64,000 nucleotides of DNA, taken from Eledone cirrhosa (Eukaryota). The position numbers were made by a program, and so were the translations under genes. This document shows, piece after piece, positions 30,010 through 45,057 of this stretch. Under the pieces are notes generated by a model. It saw only the letters and a list, made by a program, of their open reading frames with translations, made no database searches and was not told where the DNA came from. The stretch is from the NCBI GenBank assembly GCA_964016885.1, contig OZ024742.1, positions 101,432,001 to 101,496,000 of the forward strand, given 5' to 3'. Numbering within the stretch: position 1 is the first letter of the stretch; every line of letters starts with the position of its first letter.

Positions 30010-30830
30010 GCCCATCTCGAAGACGGCATTGAGCTAACAGCTGGTCTCAAGTTATCAAACCTAACATAATTCGCAGATGACATTGTTTTAACTGCGCCTT
30101 CAATTCAGAAAGCACAAGATCATTTAAATCGCATAATATACGAAGCACACACTGTTGGCCTGTAACTAAACGTCGCAAAAACTGAGTGAATGTGTTGAAA
30201 CATTGATAACGATAATGGAATATTTGCAAATAATGCTCAACTCGTTAGCTTTACATACTTAGACTCAAAGGTCATCAGCTGTAATCACACTGATGAGGAA
30301 GACATACTTGACAGGAGAACATTAGCCTATAAGGCAATGAATGACCTTCGACAAATTTGGAAAGCGAACACCAGTAGTCATCTGAAGTTACGGATGTATA
30401 ATACACTATGTCTGCCAGTGTTTCTTTATATCTGAAAGACACGGATCGTGCATACGCAAAGATAAAAACGAGCAGTGAACATATTTCACACAAATTATCT
30501 GTGCCTCATCTGTGGCGTAACATACCAAGATCGATAACAAATGCAGAAATTTTCACATACACAGCAATCACATCTCTATGTTCAGGTTCGAAACCAGCAA
30601 TTGACATGGATGGGTCATCAAATCCGGCATACAATTAGTAACTTTCACGATGAGTGTCTTCTGATACATCAACTATCAGGAGATCACCACAAGAGACAAA
30701 GACCGAAGACCACATTCCAAAGAATGGTCACAAAAGACCTGACTGCAAAAGTCACCGCAATTCAGGAAAAAGCCAATGATAGAAATGCTTCGGCAGCTCA
30801 TATTTTATCTCCCTCATGGCATTATGACAT
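30010..30830 (+). mobile_element. Decayed RTE-like RT fragment
   Basis: FADDIVL, FTYLDS and QLTWMGH..RQRPKTT remnants. Confidence 0.6.
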
Positions 30831-30831
30831 T

Positions 30832-31020
30832 GGTGGATTGGCAGTATCGGTAGAGGGTCGGACGCCATGGTTTGACGCATAGAGTTATGGCCCTTTCCAA
30901 TCTGAATTCAAATCCCACCGAGGTTAACTTTGCCTGTCATCCTTACGGGGTCAATAAAATAAAGTACCAGTAATGCACTGGGTAATGGCTAGCCTTGTGC
31001 CAAAAGCAGAAACAATTATT
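30832..31020 (+). mobile_element. SINE family B
   Basis: Near-consensus copy. Confidence 0.85.
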
Positions 31021-31348
31021 TTAAGATGGTTTATGTATGTGTACATATTACTGTGTTCTATTATTTCATTTGAAGTAATAAATATTGATTAATTGATTGA
31101 CACACACACACACATATATATGCTTAGAATTGATGGTTGCGTAAATGAGTACTCAATACAATAGTAGAGATTAATATATTCTTTATCAAAGCCAAGTTTG
31201 AGTCTTGTTACCCTGGAGTTTCTCCTGTATGGACCGAGGCGACAGCAAGGAAATCAGGCGCCTTTGTCCACGTTTTTCCGACTCCATGTCACTTTCCCAA
31301 ATTTTATCAACTTTTATTCATAGTGATCGACAATTAATATGAGACGCA

Positions 31349-31410
<62 letters not shown>

Positions 31411-31497
31411 ACTTTGGGAGAGAAACATGTGTAATGAGAAATTGATATTTGCCACTCCACTTTAAGACACACGCACCATACAAGTACAATATATATA

Positions 31498-32077
31498 TGT
31501 AGCGAAATCTGTCCGCGCCTTGAACTTTGGGTGATACCTAGGGATCAAATTTTAGGTCACCACATTTATTGTGTTAACAAGTTCATTCGTGGGCTGACCC
31601 CTCAGGTTGGGGGACAGGAAGTGACAGCTATATATAGACCCTGTATCAAGCTATCAGACACAGAGATATCGAAGCGCTAGGATACACAACTAATATGTAA
31701 GGATTTACTGCTATCAATAGACCCCCAGTGGTCTACAGCCAGAGACATCGGAGCACCCCACTACAGAACAAGCTATATAAAGATTCACCACTATTCAACA
31801 GACCCCATGAAGTCTACAGATACACCCAGAGCGATTGGAACCCTCCTATACAGAACACAAATGGGGAAGATTCACCGCTGTATGCAGTTCACGGTATTTC
31901 TCAGTTACGACAGACCATTCAGAGATATACATATCATAATCTCTTACTAACACGGTCTAACAACTACTACCACGGTCTCCAAATTCCAACAATAACAATT
32001 ATCTATCGCTCGCTGTTTTCACAGAAACAACAACAGACTACAACAGCCTACACATCAACAACAAAATAATATTGTCA
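31498..32077 (+). mobile_element. Solo LTR in (TA)n with ~3 diverged ~75-bp internal repeats
   Basis: TGTAGCG..TTGTCA; homologous to 7225-7617. Confidence 0.7.
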
Positions 32078-32094
32078 TATATATATATATATAT

Positions 32095-34259
<2,165 letters not shown>

Positions 34260-34266
34260 TATATAT

Positions 34267-34438
34267 AACGAAGGAATTGTGGTAAGGAACCAGATGGACC
34301 ATAACGCACCAAAGTACTCAATACTTAGGGTAGTAGAGTGGGTAATAGGAACAAGTATAAATAAAACATTTTTATTTAGTCCAGAAATAGCCGTCGTAAC
34401 GGCTTCAGCTCTGCCGTCGGGGTCATACTTGTTCCTAT
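34267..34438 (-). mobile_element. Penelope-like mini-element family P1
   Basis: Homologous to 4098-4251; 14-bp inverted repeat ATAGGAACAAGTAT; inverted partial hammerhead. Confidence 0.6.
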
Positions 34439-34503
34439 ATATATATATGTATATATAAACATTTATGTTTGTCGGACTTCCGATAAATTAAATACAACTT
34501 CTA

Positions 34504-34536
<33 letters not shown>

Positions 34537-34598
34537 TATGTATGTGTTTTAAAGTGGAGTGGGAAAAATTGTATGATCAAATACTGCGGGAACTGATT

Positions 34599-34673
<75 letters not shown>

Positions 34674-34940
34674 TAAAACATGTCTATAGAATCACAAGAT
34701 AAAATATATACTATTTCCTCTCCCAATTAGCATAATTAACTATATAAAAATCGAATAGACCAGGCTATACGAATGAGGCTTCTATGAAGGAATCTCCAAC
34801 AAATAACCAAAACTAGCGCTTCGCGTCGGCCGTAGTGGAATATTTATCGAATATTTCGACAGCGTAATCGCCTAGATACAGTCAACTAAGCAGAATTAGG
34901 TTTAAAATAAACTAGGAGAAAATAGAATACATTTAAATAC

Positions 34941-35024
34941 CTCTACCATGGTTTCGTCCGTGTTTTGAGTTTTCCAATAATTATGTAATAATTATATAAA
35001 CTCGAGCGCTGGATTCTTCAGGAA
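34941..35024 (-). ncRNA. Type I hammerhead motif, intact core
   Basis: TTC-CTGAAGA-a-TCC..GAGTTT..AAACTC..GGA-c-GAAA-CCATGG-TA-GAG; palindromic stem III. Confidence 0.75.
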
Positions 35025-35211
35025 GCTCGCTCATATCTAGACATTAAATTTTCCAAAACGATCGCGCCAAGAATTCATTTCAAAATGGCTAAAAATCGTG
35101 ACGTAGTCGCGGTCAAGTTGGAAGGGGTGTGGTAGTTGCTTACGACTGGTGTCATTTTTGCTAGAAAGCGCAGCACAATATATATATATATATGTGTGTA
35201 TGTATATATAT

Positions 35212-35324
35212 ATAGGAAAAGAGTCAGGACACCGACTATTTTTCTATTACCCACTCTATTACCCAAAGTATCGAGTACTCTGGTGCGTTATGGTCCACCT
35301 GATTCCTTACCACACTCCTTCGTT
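35212..35324 (+). mobile_element. Penelope-like mini-element family P1
   Basis: Same 3' tail ..GATTCCTTACCACACTCCTTCGTT; short 5' inversion. Confidence 0.6.
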
Positions 35325-36825
35325 ATATATATATATATATATATATATAATAAGGGTTGACGGACCCAGCATATTTATCAATGCCAGTACCGGTTGTATC
35401 TCAGCGCACTCCATGGGCAATGTAAGATACATTACCAGAGTATGCACAAAGTTATTTGCTTCAACACAACACACGTAAAACGGGTGCCTATAAGGTTCTC
35501 GGACTCGAGTTTCTGCCGCACTAATACAGCAGTAAGGTGCACAGCACCATCTGTCTGCATATATTATGCAACAATGCACAATCGGCTTATGAGGCTTCAT
35601 CAGCGGGTATCACCTAATCAATAACCAATCGATCGACAGAATCCTACGACCAGTCTATGCCGACCATGACTGTTTGTGACGACTGACATGGTAAAGCTAT
35701 TAGCAACTGGCACCCGATAGGACTCTATCTCTCAACTAGCCACTGATTTACAAATTTTACGTGGGGACGGGAAGCTAAAAAGAATCAATCTTTTCGTTCC
35801 TGTCATAAGAACTCAGCCAACGAGTCTCACACACAAATTATCAAGGGGTGAAAAGATGGCCATTAGAAATAGCAGTTCACATTGATATAAAATAGAATGG
35901 TAGTATTCGGTTCATGTCTCCAAGCCCCATGGCTAGAGGAAAGCAATGGTAACAATGATAGTGCCAAGAACCTTTAACAGACTTTAAATGCGATCATCCA
36001 TGATATAGCAATATAGTAGCGAGCTGAAATGTGTCAGCCGCTTGCGTAGATAACCAGTCTATTTCCCAACTTAAAAGAGTGAGAGACAAAATTAATAGCA
36101 GGAAAAAAGAGTGTATATCAAAACAAAAACACAATAAATATATATATATAAAGAGAGAGAGAGAGAGAGGGGGGGGGGAGAGATCCGTTCTAGCAGTATT
36201 TGATCATACTATAGAAAAACATGAAACTAAACACCATAAAGGAATATGACCCATCACTCTACTATATGTGCCAATTCCATTGCCATTATTACCCTGGCGG
36301 CTAACAACATTCAAATGGTATGTTTTCGTTCCTGTGTCATAACTCTTAGAGTTGTACTTTAAAAAATTTAAAAGAATCTCGTGTCATTCAAAATGTGTTA
36401 AGTACTTAACTGTATTTGGAGACTTTATTGCATAGAGGGGGAAAAAGAAGAAACAATATTTAGAAGTGACATTTCCTCTCAGGCAAACCTTCTCTAAAAC
36501 CCACTTGAGAAAAAAGCAAAACACTGAGCCCCAATGTAAAAGGCGCCAAGACATGAAATGGCAGCAGATGCTTGAGTTAAAGTCTGTTTACAAGTTGATT
36601 GGGTTTGAAGGAAGTATTGGTAGATTTCTTTTAAAAATAATTATCCATATTTAAAATGGGAAAAAAAGTTAACAACTGGAGAACACACTCACTCACACAA
36701 CACATTAATAGAGACAGAGAGACCAACAGACAGGCAGATAAGTAGATAAAGAGAGAGAGTGATGGATAGGTGGATAGATAAATAAATAAAGAAAGATGGA
36801 TAGATAGAAAGATAGATAGATAAAT

Positions 36826-39800
36826 TTCTTTATTAGCCACAAGGGGACAAATACAAATGGGGAGTTTACATACAGGTATATGAAAATAAAACTATTAATA
36901 AAATAACAATTGCAATCCTCAATAGGGAGGGGGGGCGTTACACAGGGGTTGTACACACCCCGAAAAAATGTACAACCCTCATCTTCAGGAGCACCAAGAG
37001 TGAGTACTCCTTTCCTCTCTTCCTCTTTTTCCTCAACCGACAGGCTTATATAGAGAGAAGGCCCAACCACTCGGGCTATCTTTGCCACATTCACCCACCT
37101 TTTATAAAATTTGCTGGGGTACAGCACCTCTCTCTCTATCCTGATTCTTCTTCGAAAATGATATTTGAAAAAACGAATCAGTTGTTCGCCAGAGAAAAAG
37201 GTGTCTGACCTCAGCCCTTTTAACCTCGTCCACCGTATAACCTCTTTCACCATAGCCATAACACATAGGAAAACCGCCTCTCTCTCGTTTTTGAAGGAGG
37301 GTGGTGGTTTGATAATGACAATGGACTCGGTGGTCAACTGCATTGGTCCCACCCGCGACAATAGTCGTTCTACATAGCCCCACAGGTCGGTAACGCCCGA
37401 GCAGTGTACAAATGCGTGCGCGACGGTTTATTCGTTGCGCACGCATCTCGGACAGATCTTTTTCGAAGGGTCCCTGCCCGGGCGCCCGTGTCTGTAGAGT
37501 TTGTCTCGAACTGGTAGATCTCCTCGGTAGCACTGCCAGGCCAGGGACTTTTGGAAGTTGTCCATCGGTCCCGGGCGGAAGGTCCTACCGAACAGACTGG
37601 CCAGTTCGTCCTCCTCTACGCCTAGAGTTTCTCTGAGCGCGTCGTCGCACTTGCTGCGGACCAACCCTCTATAGAATGACGAAGTGGAGTCTCCACTGAT
37701 CGCCGGGTCCGTTTGCCAGAGGATTGTGAGCGCCTGAGCACATTCGATGTGCCAGTCGCCCATTTTCCTCGGTCTTTGCTTGACCCAGGACTGCAGCTCG
37801 GTCAGCGAGACGAGTCGTGGGAAGGCTCGCCTCACGAACGGGGCCCACACCGATTGTCCGGTGAGGTATACGTGGAGATGCCGCAGCCTGAGCGCGTGTT
37901 TGCGCATCGTCAGCCACGGCATCACCAGCCCTCCGTTGGAAGGGTGTTGGCAGCAGATGGATCTTCTCACCAAAGGAGCCCGTTTCTTCCAGAGGAATTG
38001 GAAGAGCGCGCGCTCCATTTTGGTGAGTGTTTTGGCTGGACAAGGCACGACGGTCTAGCGGTAGTAGATGACGGACGCTATAAAAGTGTTCGCCATCTCC
38101 GCTCGACCTTTCAAGGAAAGTTTGCACTCAGCCCACTTCTGGGTGAGCGCAAACACCTTGGCCGTCACCTCGTTCCAGTTCTTCTCTACCTGGAGGTCCG
38201 GACCAAACCAGACCCCAAGCAGCTTTACCGGTCCTTCCGTCCAGCGTCCGACGACGCCATCGGAAAGCATCGGTTTGCCTCTCCACGTTCCGAGTTACAA
38301 ACCGATGGATTTGTCCCGGTTCAGCTTCGCTCCTGTGAAACTTTCGTATTCCTCCAGTAAGGTGCCAACCTCCCCGATTTGTGAGGTGCTCGATACTATT
38401 ACTGTCATGTCGTCGGCGTAGGCCGACATCGTTTTTCGCAGTCCCGGTTCCAAAGGGATGCCCTGTAATAGCTCCAACTTCCGCAGTAGTGGCTCGAGAG
38501 TCAGTACGTACAGAAGGGAGGAGAGAGGGCATCCCTGTCGGATGGATCGCGTGATATGGAACGGCTCCGAGAGGTAGCCGTTCACCTTGAGCAGATGTTG
38601 CTGTTATGCATTGCAGCAATCCAGCTCCTGAACACGGATCCGAAGCCTGCCGCCTCGAGCACCGCATCCAGGTATCGATGGTCAACCCTATCGAAAACCT
38701 TAGACTGATCCAAGTTGATCAGGGCCCCACCGAAGCCGGGTTTACACCCTACCCTCTCTATGATGTATCGCATGAGGTGGAGGTTGTCGTGTATGGACCT
38801 GGTCGGGATTGCGCATGTCTGCGCTTCTCCCACCAGGTTTTCGACGACAAGCGCCAGCCTCTTTGCCAACACCTTGGCCAAATTCTGTAACTCTGTGTTT
38901 AGCAGAGTTATGGGCCGGAAGTTGCCTATGTCATCCTCCTTATTCTCGTCCTTCCTGACTAACGTGATTACGCCCTTGGTCACAGAACTGGGAATTCTCC
39001 TGTTCTGCTGCCAGTTGCAGTAAACCGCTTCCATTAGACCGGAGAACAAGTCCGGCATTGCTACGTAAAATTCGTAGGGTAGACCGTCGAAACCTGGAGA
39101 TTTGCGTTTGCCGCATTGGCTCAGCGCGTCCCCTATCTCAGCGGCCGAAATCGGCCTTTCGCAGAACTTCGCCTCGCCGTCCGAGAGTCGCGGCAGGCCG
39201 TCGAGGTATGGACTGAAATCCATAGCCCCTCCCGGCGCGGCGCCCTGCCCGAACAGTTGAGCAAAGTGCCGCTGAAAGGCCGCGCACATCTGCTTCGGCT
39301 CACGTATCACGCGTCCGTCTTGGTCCTTCAAAGACCGAATCGTGGACTTGTTGCCACTTTTCGCCTCCGTCACTCGGGCCCCGTCGTTTCCCAGAGCACA
39401 TATTTTGCTCCTGACAACGCAGCCTTCGCGCTTTGCGTCGAAGAACTGGTCCAAGGCCGTTCTCGTCGCTAGCACGCTGGCTACGTTGCCACTCCTAAGT
39501 GCCTCTTCTACTTTATCTACCAGTTCCTTTTCGGTCTTATTTTTATCTAACAATAATTCTTTACTAAAACCTATCGAGTCTAATCTAACTACCCTCTTGA
39601 GAGAGTACGACCATCTGTTGTTGACAATGGCCCCTGTCAAGTTCTGCTTAACTAAAGTGCTAATCCGTCTACTGTAGGCTTTGCATGTCGGTAACGACAA
39701 GTTCAGCTTCCAGTAGCCGGGTCCCTGTCTATGGGTTCTATCAAGGTTGACTAAGCAGGTCACTAGTTTGTAATCTGAATAGGCAACCATGAACATTTGT

Positions 39801-41826
39801 GGACAGCTTAACATGTCCCTATCACTAACTCTAACTAGAAATCTATCTAGGTACGATCTAGATGTTCCGCTATGGTTGGTCTACGTCCACAGTGACACAG
39901 TTGGAAAATCTAGTCGATATCTATCGGCCGATTAGCTGTTTGAGGCTGTTACAGCCCCCTCTATCGGGACATGCTCCCACATAGTCCCAGCGTGCATCTA
40001 GGATTCCATTCCAGTCTCCCACTAATAGCAGGGAGCGGGACGTTCCCAGAAAAGTCTCTAGACGTTTGAAGAAGTCTGGCCGCGGTGTCCCGGATGGGGC
40101 ATATGCGGCCACCAGCCTGAAGGCTCCACCTTCACTGCCGTCAACGTACCGTCTGTGTTACGAGGTCCAGGTGCTTCCGCAGCAAAACGGCAACCTCGCC
40201 CCCACCTCCCGGCTGACAGTGAGATGCGTAGTTCTCAAAGTCGTCGAAGATGGGGGCCAGTTGTCGCTCGCTGTGGATCCTGGACTCGCAAATGGCTACT
40301 ACATCCACACTGTGCGACCTGAGGTCGTTTAAGAGTTTGCCCTATTTCCAGGGCATCCCCAGGCCGCGTACATTCACACATCCAACTCTTATATTGGCCA
40401 TGTTGGTGCTGAAAAATTAAAAGAAGAGGAAAAGAAATCACTCACCTCTTCGTCTCCTGGGGACCAGGCTGCACAATTTCCATGGGGGTGTTGGAGGGGT
40501 TGTTTGGTGGGGTGGTGTTTCTGACGGGTGGGGATGGAGATGTTTGGTGGGGAGGGGGTGTCTGGTAGGATGGGGGTGTCTTGGGTGGGGGTGGGGAAAC
40601 ATTTTAACAGGACTCGATTGTAGGGTTTGACGCAGGGGTTACCTACGTCGTTAGGAATTTTTTCTTTTAACTATTTATGCGTGTCCATGGAGATCCTAAT
40701 CATTTTAAGATTAGGATTCTCCGAAGAGTATGTAAAAGTTTTCCCTTCGGTCTCCACCGAAGGGTTTTGATATATGGCGTCTGTTAAAGTTTTATTGTTA
40801 GTATTTATGTAGGTGTAACATTTTTGTTGTGTTGTGTTGCTTTTTGTCTGTGGTTCTTGTGTGTGTTTACGTTTTGTAGTAGGTGTTTTGTTTTCAGGAG
40901 GGGGTGTTTTTGTTTGTGCTGTTTGCGTCGCTTGTGTTGGTGTTTGTGTGTTTGTTGCATCTTTGTTTGTGTTATGTCTTTTCTTTTTTCTTTTTACTGG
41001 TCGGAAAGGCTCTCTCTCATCGTCACTGGGTGACGATGATGAAGCCTCATCCGTGTTGTTGGGGAGGGGTACATTTTGGGGAGCTGTTATGTGTGTGGGT
41101 GTTTCTGGAGTTGTTTTAGGTGGGGAGGGGTTGGGTGGGACTGTTTGTCGTTTGTTTTGTTGTCACTATTTTGTTATGTTGATGTTGTTGTGGTGGTGGT
41201 GGTGATTGTTGTGCTGGTGTTGCAGGTGTTGGCAGTAGTACCTTTTTTTTTGCTAGTTAGCCGAGGACAGGAAGCTCTCAGGTGACCCCTGCTTATGCAG
41301 TGGTAACTTGAGGGCCGCCTACCATCGACCGAAATGTTTATGTCCACCCAGCATCACACGTTCCGGGATCCTAGCTATTCGTTCTGGTGTCATTTGGACC
41401 AGAACTTCCAGCCTAGTTCCGCTGAACAGGTCGCCGGAAGACTTATCTACCGATATTATTGAGTCTTTTTCGAGGTTTAAAAATCCACATAGTACCCACC
41501 AAATATCAATATTTGGTGTGGTACTTTGGATTTTTATTTTCTGTGTTCTTTTCCCCATGTAAGTGGGGAAAAAGGTGAACAGCGGTGACACAATTGGCGA
41601 CACAGAATATTTCTGTGCCGTCAATTGGTCTTTCATTAGAATGGATAAACTCCCGTAGAGTCTACCCTTCTGAATAAAAACAATGTCTTTTAATGCATTT
41701 TTTAAAGCCAACTCAATTTCGCCTTGTGAAAGTTGAGTCGGTTTTCGGGTTTTGTTTGAGACTGTCCTGAAAATCACAGTTTTCAATGCAGCTTCTCTTC
41801 GCAAATCTGGAGGAGAGTTTATGGAG
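36826..41826 (-). mobile_element. Near full-length, decayed Tx1/L1-clade LINE
   Basis: ORF1 with zinc-knuckle remnant (YHCISRGHLRASCP); ORF2 from 40401: VNVRGLG, GDWN, SDYK (APE), KSPGFDG, RPITLLN, IRQGCPLS, YADD, CPRC; AATAAAG plus (ATCT)n tail. Confidence 0.93.
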
Positions 41827-41880
<54 letters not shown>

Positions 41881-41881
<1 letters not shown>

Positions 41882-44800
41882 TCGCCTGATTTTGGCACTC
41901 TTTGCTACAATGCGTTGCTTCAATTCCTCTATGATAATATTTAGCTTTTTACTCCTAGTTTTGTATTTTATTTCCAGTCTATTTTTAGTGCCTATGTTTT
42001 TTAGTGTCCCATTCAGTAGTGACTCAAGCTTTCCTATGTCATTTCTCATTTCCCCGATTTGCCCACTCAGTCGCTTCTTCCACCACGGCTCTGCTCTTTC
42101 TTGTCTGTTGTTTCCTCTCGCTTTTATACCAAGTAGTTTCCTCACCGTATTTGCTGTTGCTTTGAGGATATTGTTGCACTGGTGAAGACTCCTCGCCTCA
42201 AGGTATGGGATGACTTTGTTTACCTTAGCTGTTGTTTCTTTTAACTTTTTCCTGTCTACAAATCTTAGGTTCATAGGTCTCCCACTATCATTGTTCAACT
42301 CATCTACCACTAAATTTAGGATGTCAACCGAATCTTGTCCTAGCCCGTCAGCATTCATCTCCTCAGTGGCCGTATCTCTGTTCCAGGTATTATTTATCTC
42401 AGTATTCAGATCATTGTCTGCTTCGGGTGGTTCCTCCGCTCTCAGGGCCTCCTCACCTTCATTTCCCGCCGGCTCGCTTGTCTGGCATACTACACCCGCC
42501 ATCTCCAAGCCATTCTCTCTGCTCAGTTCCTCCAGTTCCAGCTCGCTTATCCACCCATTAGTTCTTATTACCCGAGCCTGCCCGGCCAATTTTTGTTCAT
42601 CTAATTTAAATAAACCAATCTCGTTCCAGATGTTATGCATCCGTCTCCTGTAGCCCCTCTCCTTGGGGTTACTTTTCAGGTAGCATTGCATAACAGTTCT
42701 ATTCAATTCTTTCGTCCAGTTGGTTCTGGCCCCTTTCCTTCTTCTTCTTCCTCCAACATCAGCAGTATTTCGTTGACAGTCAGGTTCCTGCTGCTGAGCC
42801 AGGGGGCACCTGTTGGGTGAGAGTCTGTCACATGACGTTCTAGTCTCCCTCCACCCGAAGCTGACGGCCATGTTCAATGACTGCTTGGTGTCGGGTGAGG
42901 TGCCAGAGTGGTTGACAAAAGGTACCACAGTTCTGATAATGAAAGACCAAATCAAGGGTAATGATGTTACCAACTATAGACCTATCACATGTCTGCCCGT
43001 AATGTGGAAACTGTTGACGAGCATTGTGTCTGAGGAAATCTACCATCACCTCCACACAAACAACTTGTTGCCGGACGAACAGAAAGGATGCCGAAAGAAG
43101 TCACGTGGTACAAAGGACCAGTTGCTTATTGATAAGATGGTAATGGGGAATTGCAGGAGGAGACACACTGATCTTGCCATGGGATGGATAGACTACAGAA
43201 AGGCATTTGACATGGTGCCTCATTCCTGGATCACCAAAAGCCTGGAGATCTTCAGGGTGGCAGATAACATCAGACAGTTGCTGGGCAGGAGTATGGGGTC
43301 CTGGGAGACAGAGTTGACATCAACTGGAGTATCCTTGGGAAGCGTGAAGATCAAGAGAGGTATCTTCCAGGGAGATAGCCTGTCCCCTCTGTTGTTTGTC
43401 CTTGCCCTGATGCCCTTGACCATTATGCTGCGAAAAGTGAGAGCAGGATACAAGTTGGGAAGGGGAGAGCTTACCATCAATCACCTCCTCTTCATGGACG
43501 ATCTTAAGCTCTTCGGGAAAAGTGAGAAGGAGTTGGATGTGCTTGTTGACACTGTCCGTATTTTCAGCAGTGATATATGTATGCAGTTTGGTATTGGTAA
43601 ATGTGGAGTCATTGTGATGAGGAGGGGTAGGTTGAGCAGAAGTAACGGGATCCAGATACCAACAGGTGAGATGATAAAGGAAATTGACTCTGAGGAAGGA
43701 TACAAGTATTTGGGCGTTCTGGAGGCTGATGGCATAAAGAACAAAAAAATGAAGGAATTGTTAAGAACTGAATACATTCGGAGAGTAAGGAGCGTATTGA
43801 AGTCACATCTGAACAGCAGAAATGCCATAAGCGCAGTAAATTCCCGAGCTGTGTCTATTATTAGGTACAGTGCGGGAATTCTGAGATGGAATGTTGCTGA
43901 ACAAAAAGAAATGGATAGGAAGACTAGGAAGCTATTGACTATCTACAACATGTTCCACAAGAGGAGTGATGTCGATAGACTCTACCTAAGGAGATCTGAG
44001 GGTGGAAGAGGTCTTATCAGCATAGAGGACTGTGTTCAGATGGAGAAAAACAACCTATACAAATACGTGACCTATAGTAAGGAGCCAATGCTCAGAGCTG
44101 TACTGAAGGAGGGGACAGTAGGCCAGGGGATACCCAAGGAGGAAATAACATCAAGGAGGAAGAGCAGCCTTAAGGGAAAATCCCTTCATAGTACCTTCTT
44201 TGAGAAAACTGAATTTAGAGATCCACAGACATGGAACTGGTTGAGAAGAGGAGACCTCAAAAAGGCTACAGAAGGAATGCTAATGGCTGCGCAGGAGCAG
44301 GCCCTCAAAACGAAGTGGTTGAAGCACCATATCTACAAGGAGGAGGCTAGCCCACTGTGCAGGATCTGTGGAGAGAGAGAGGAGACTGTGGCTCACATTG
44401 TGTCCGAGTGTAAACACCTAGCCCAGACCCACTATAAGGGCTGGAGACACGATGTGATGGGCAGGGTGATCCACTGGCACCTGTGCAAAGTAAACAACCT
44501 ACCACATTCTGAGAAATGGTATGAGCATAGGCCAGAGGCGGTGATGGAGAACAATCAGGTGAAGGTGCTGTGGGATTTTAGGATACAGACGGACAAAAAA
44601 CTGGAACACAATAGACCTGACCTGGTGGTTGTGGACAAAGAAAAAAGATCGTGCCTGATTGTGGATGTGGCCTGCCCGTTCGACACGAGAGTGCAAGAGA
44701 AGGAGAGGGAGAAAATTAACCGATACCAGGACCTAAAGTGGGAGGTGAAAAGGATTTGGAACTGCCATGAAGTCAAAGTGATCCCGATTGTCATAGGCGC

Positions 44801-45016
44801 ACTGGGGACTATCTCCAAAGGTTTCCAGGGATGGTTAAAGAAAATCGGCCCCTTCACGCTTTTTGGAACGCTTCAAAAGGCATGCTTGCTTGGAACGGCA
44901 AGAACCCTCCGATACGTCCTGAATATCTGAGGCTGCAGGTAGTGGCTTGATATTCAATCCAACGGACTTTCCAGTTAACCAACATCAATGACTGAGATTC
45001 AAGGAATAACAATAAC

Positions 45017-45054
<38 letters not shown>
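41881..45054 (+). mobile_element. R4/Dong LINE with 5' inversion, inserted in (TAA)n
   Basis: 41881-~42840 is the N-terminal region on - (WTKELNRTVMQCY..GYRRRMHNIW); ~42843-44930 is RT/CCHC/RLE on +; (TAA)n on both sides. Confidence 0.93.
42843..44930 (+). CDS. Uninterrupted RT-zinc knuckle-RLE reading frame of the Dong element (5' part missing or inverted)
   Basis: NYRPITCL, DYRKAFD, GIFQGDSLSP, LFMDD, CRIC..H..C, RHD, RPD..D..K; no stops. Confidence 0.9.
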   Translation, partial: VSLHPKLTAMFNDCLVSGEVPEWLTKGTTVLIMKDQIKGNDVTNYRPITCLPVMWKLLTSIVSEEIYHHLHTNNLLPDEQKGCRKKSRGTKDQLLIDKMVMGNCRRRHTDLAMGWIDYRKAFDMVPHSWITKSLEIFRVADNIRQLLGRSMGSWETELTSTGVSLGSVKIKRGIFQGDSLSPLLFVLALMPLTIMLRKVRAGYKLGRGELTINHLLFMDDLKLFGKSEKELDVLVDTVRIFSSDICMQFGIGKCGVIVMRRGRLSRSNGIQIPTGEMIKEIDSEEGYKYLGVLEADGIKNKKMKELLRTEYIRRVRSVLKSHLNSRNAISAVNSRAVSIIRYSAGILRWNVAEQKEMDRKTRKLLTIYNMFHKRSDVDRLYLRRSEGGRGLISIEDCVQMEKNNLYKYVTYSKEPMLRAVLKEGTVGQGIPKEEITSRRKSSLKGKSLHSTFFEKTEFRDPQTWNWLRRGDLKKATEGMLMAAQEQALKTKWLKHHIYKEEASPLCRICGEREETVAHIVSECKHLAQTHYKGWRHDVMGRVIHWHLCKVNNLPHSEKWYEHRPEAVMENNQVKVLWDFRIQTDKKLEHNRPDLVVVDKEKRSCLIVDVACPFDTRVQEKEREKINRYQDLKWEVKRIWNCHEVKVIPIVIGALGTISKGFQGWLKKIGPFTLFGTLQKACLLGTARTLRYVLNI

Positions 45055-45057
<3 letters not shown>

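Noticed and set aside
35350-36330. Unique-looking segment with short Cys/His-containing ORFs (possible GIY-YIG remnant)
   Set aside because: No recognisable motif could be confirmed
41819-42973. 384-aa minus-strand ORF as a separate gene
   Set aside because: It is the inverted Dong N-terminus fused to antisense RT sequence and a (TAT)n tract
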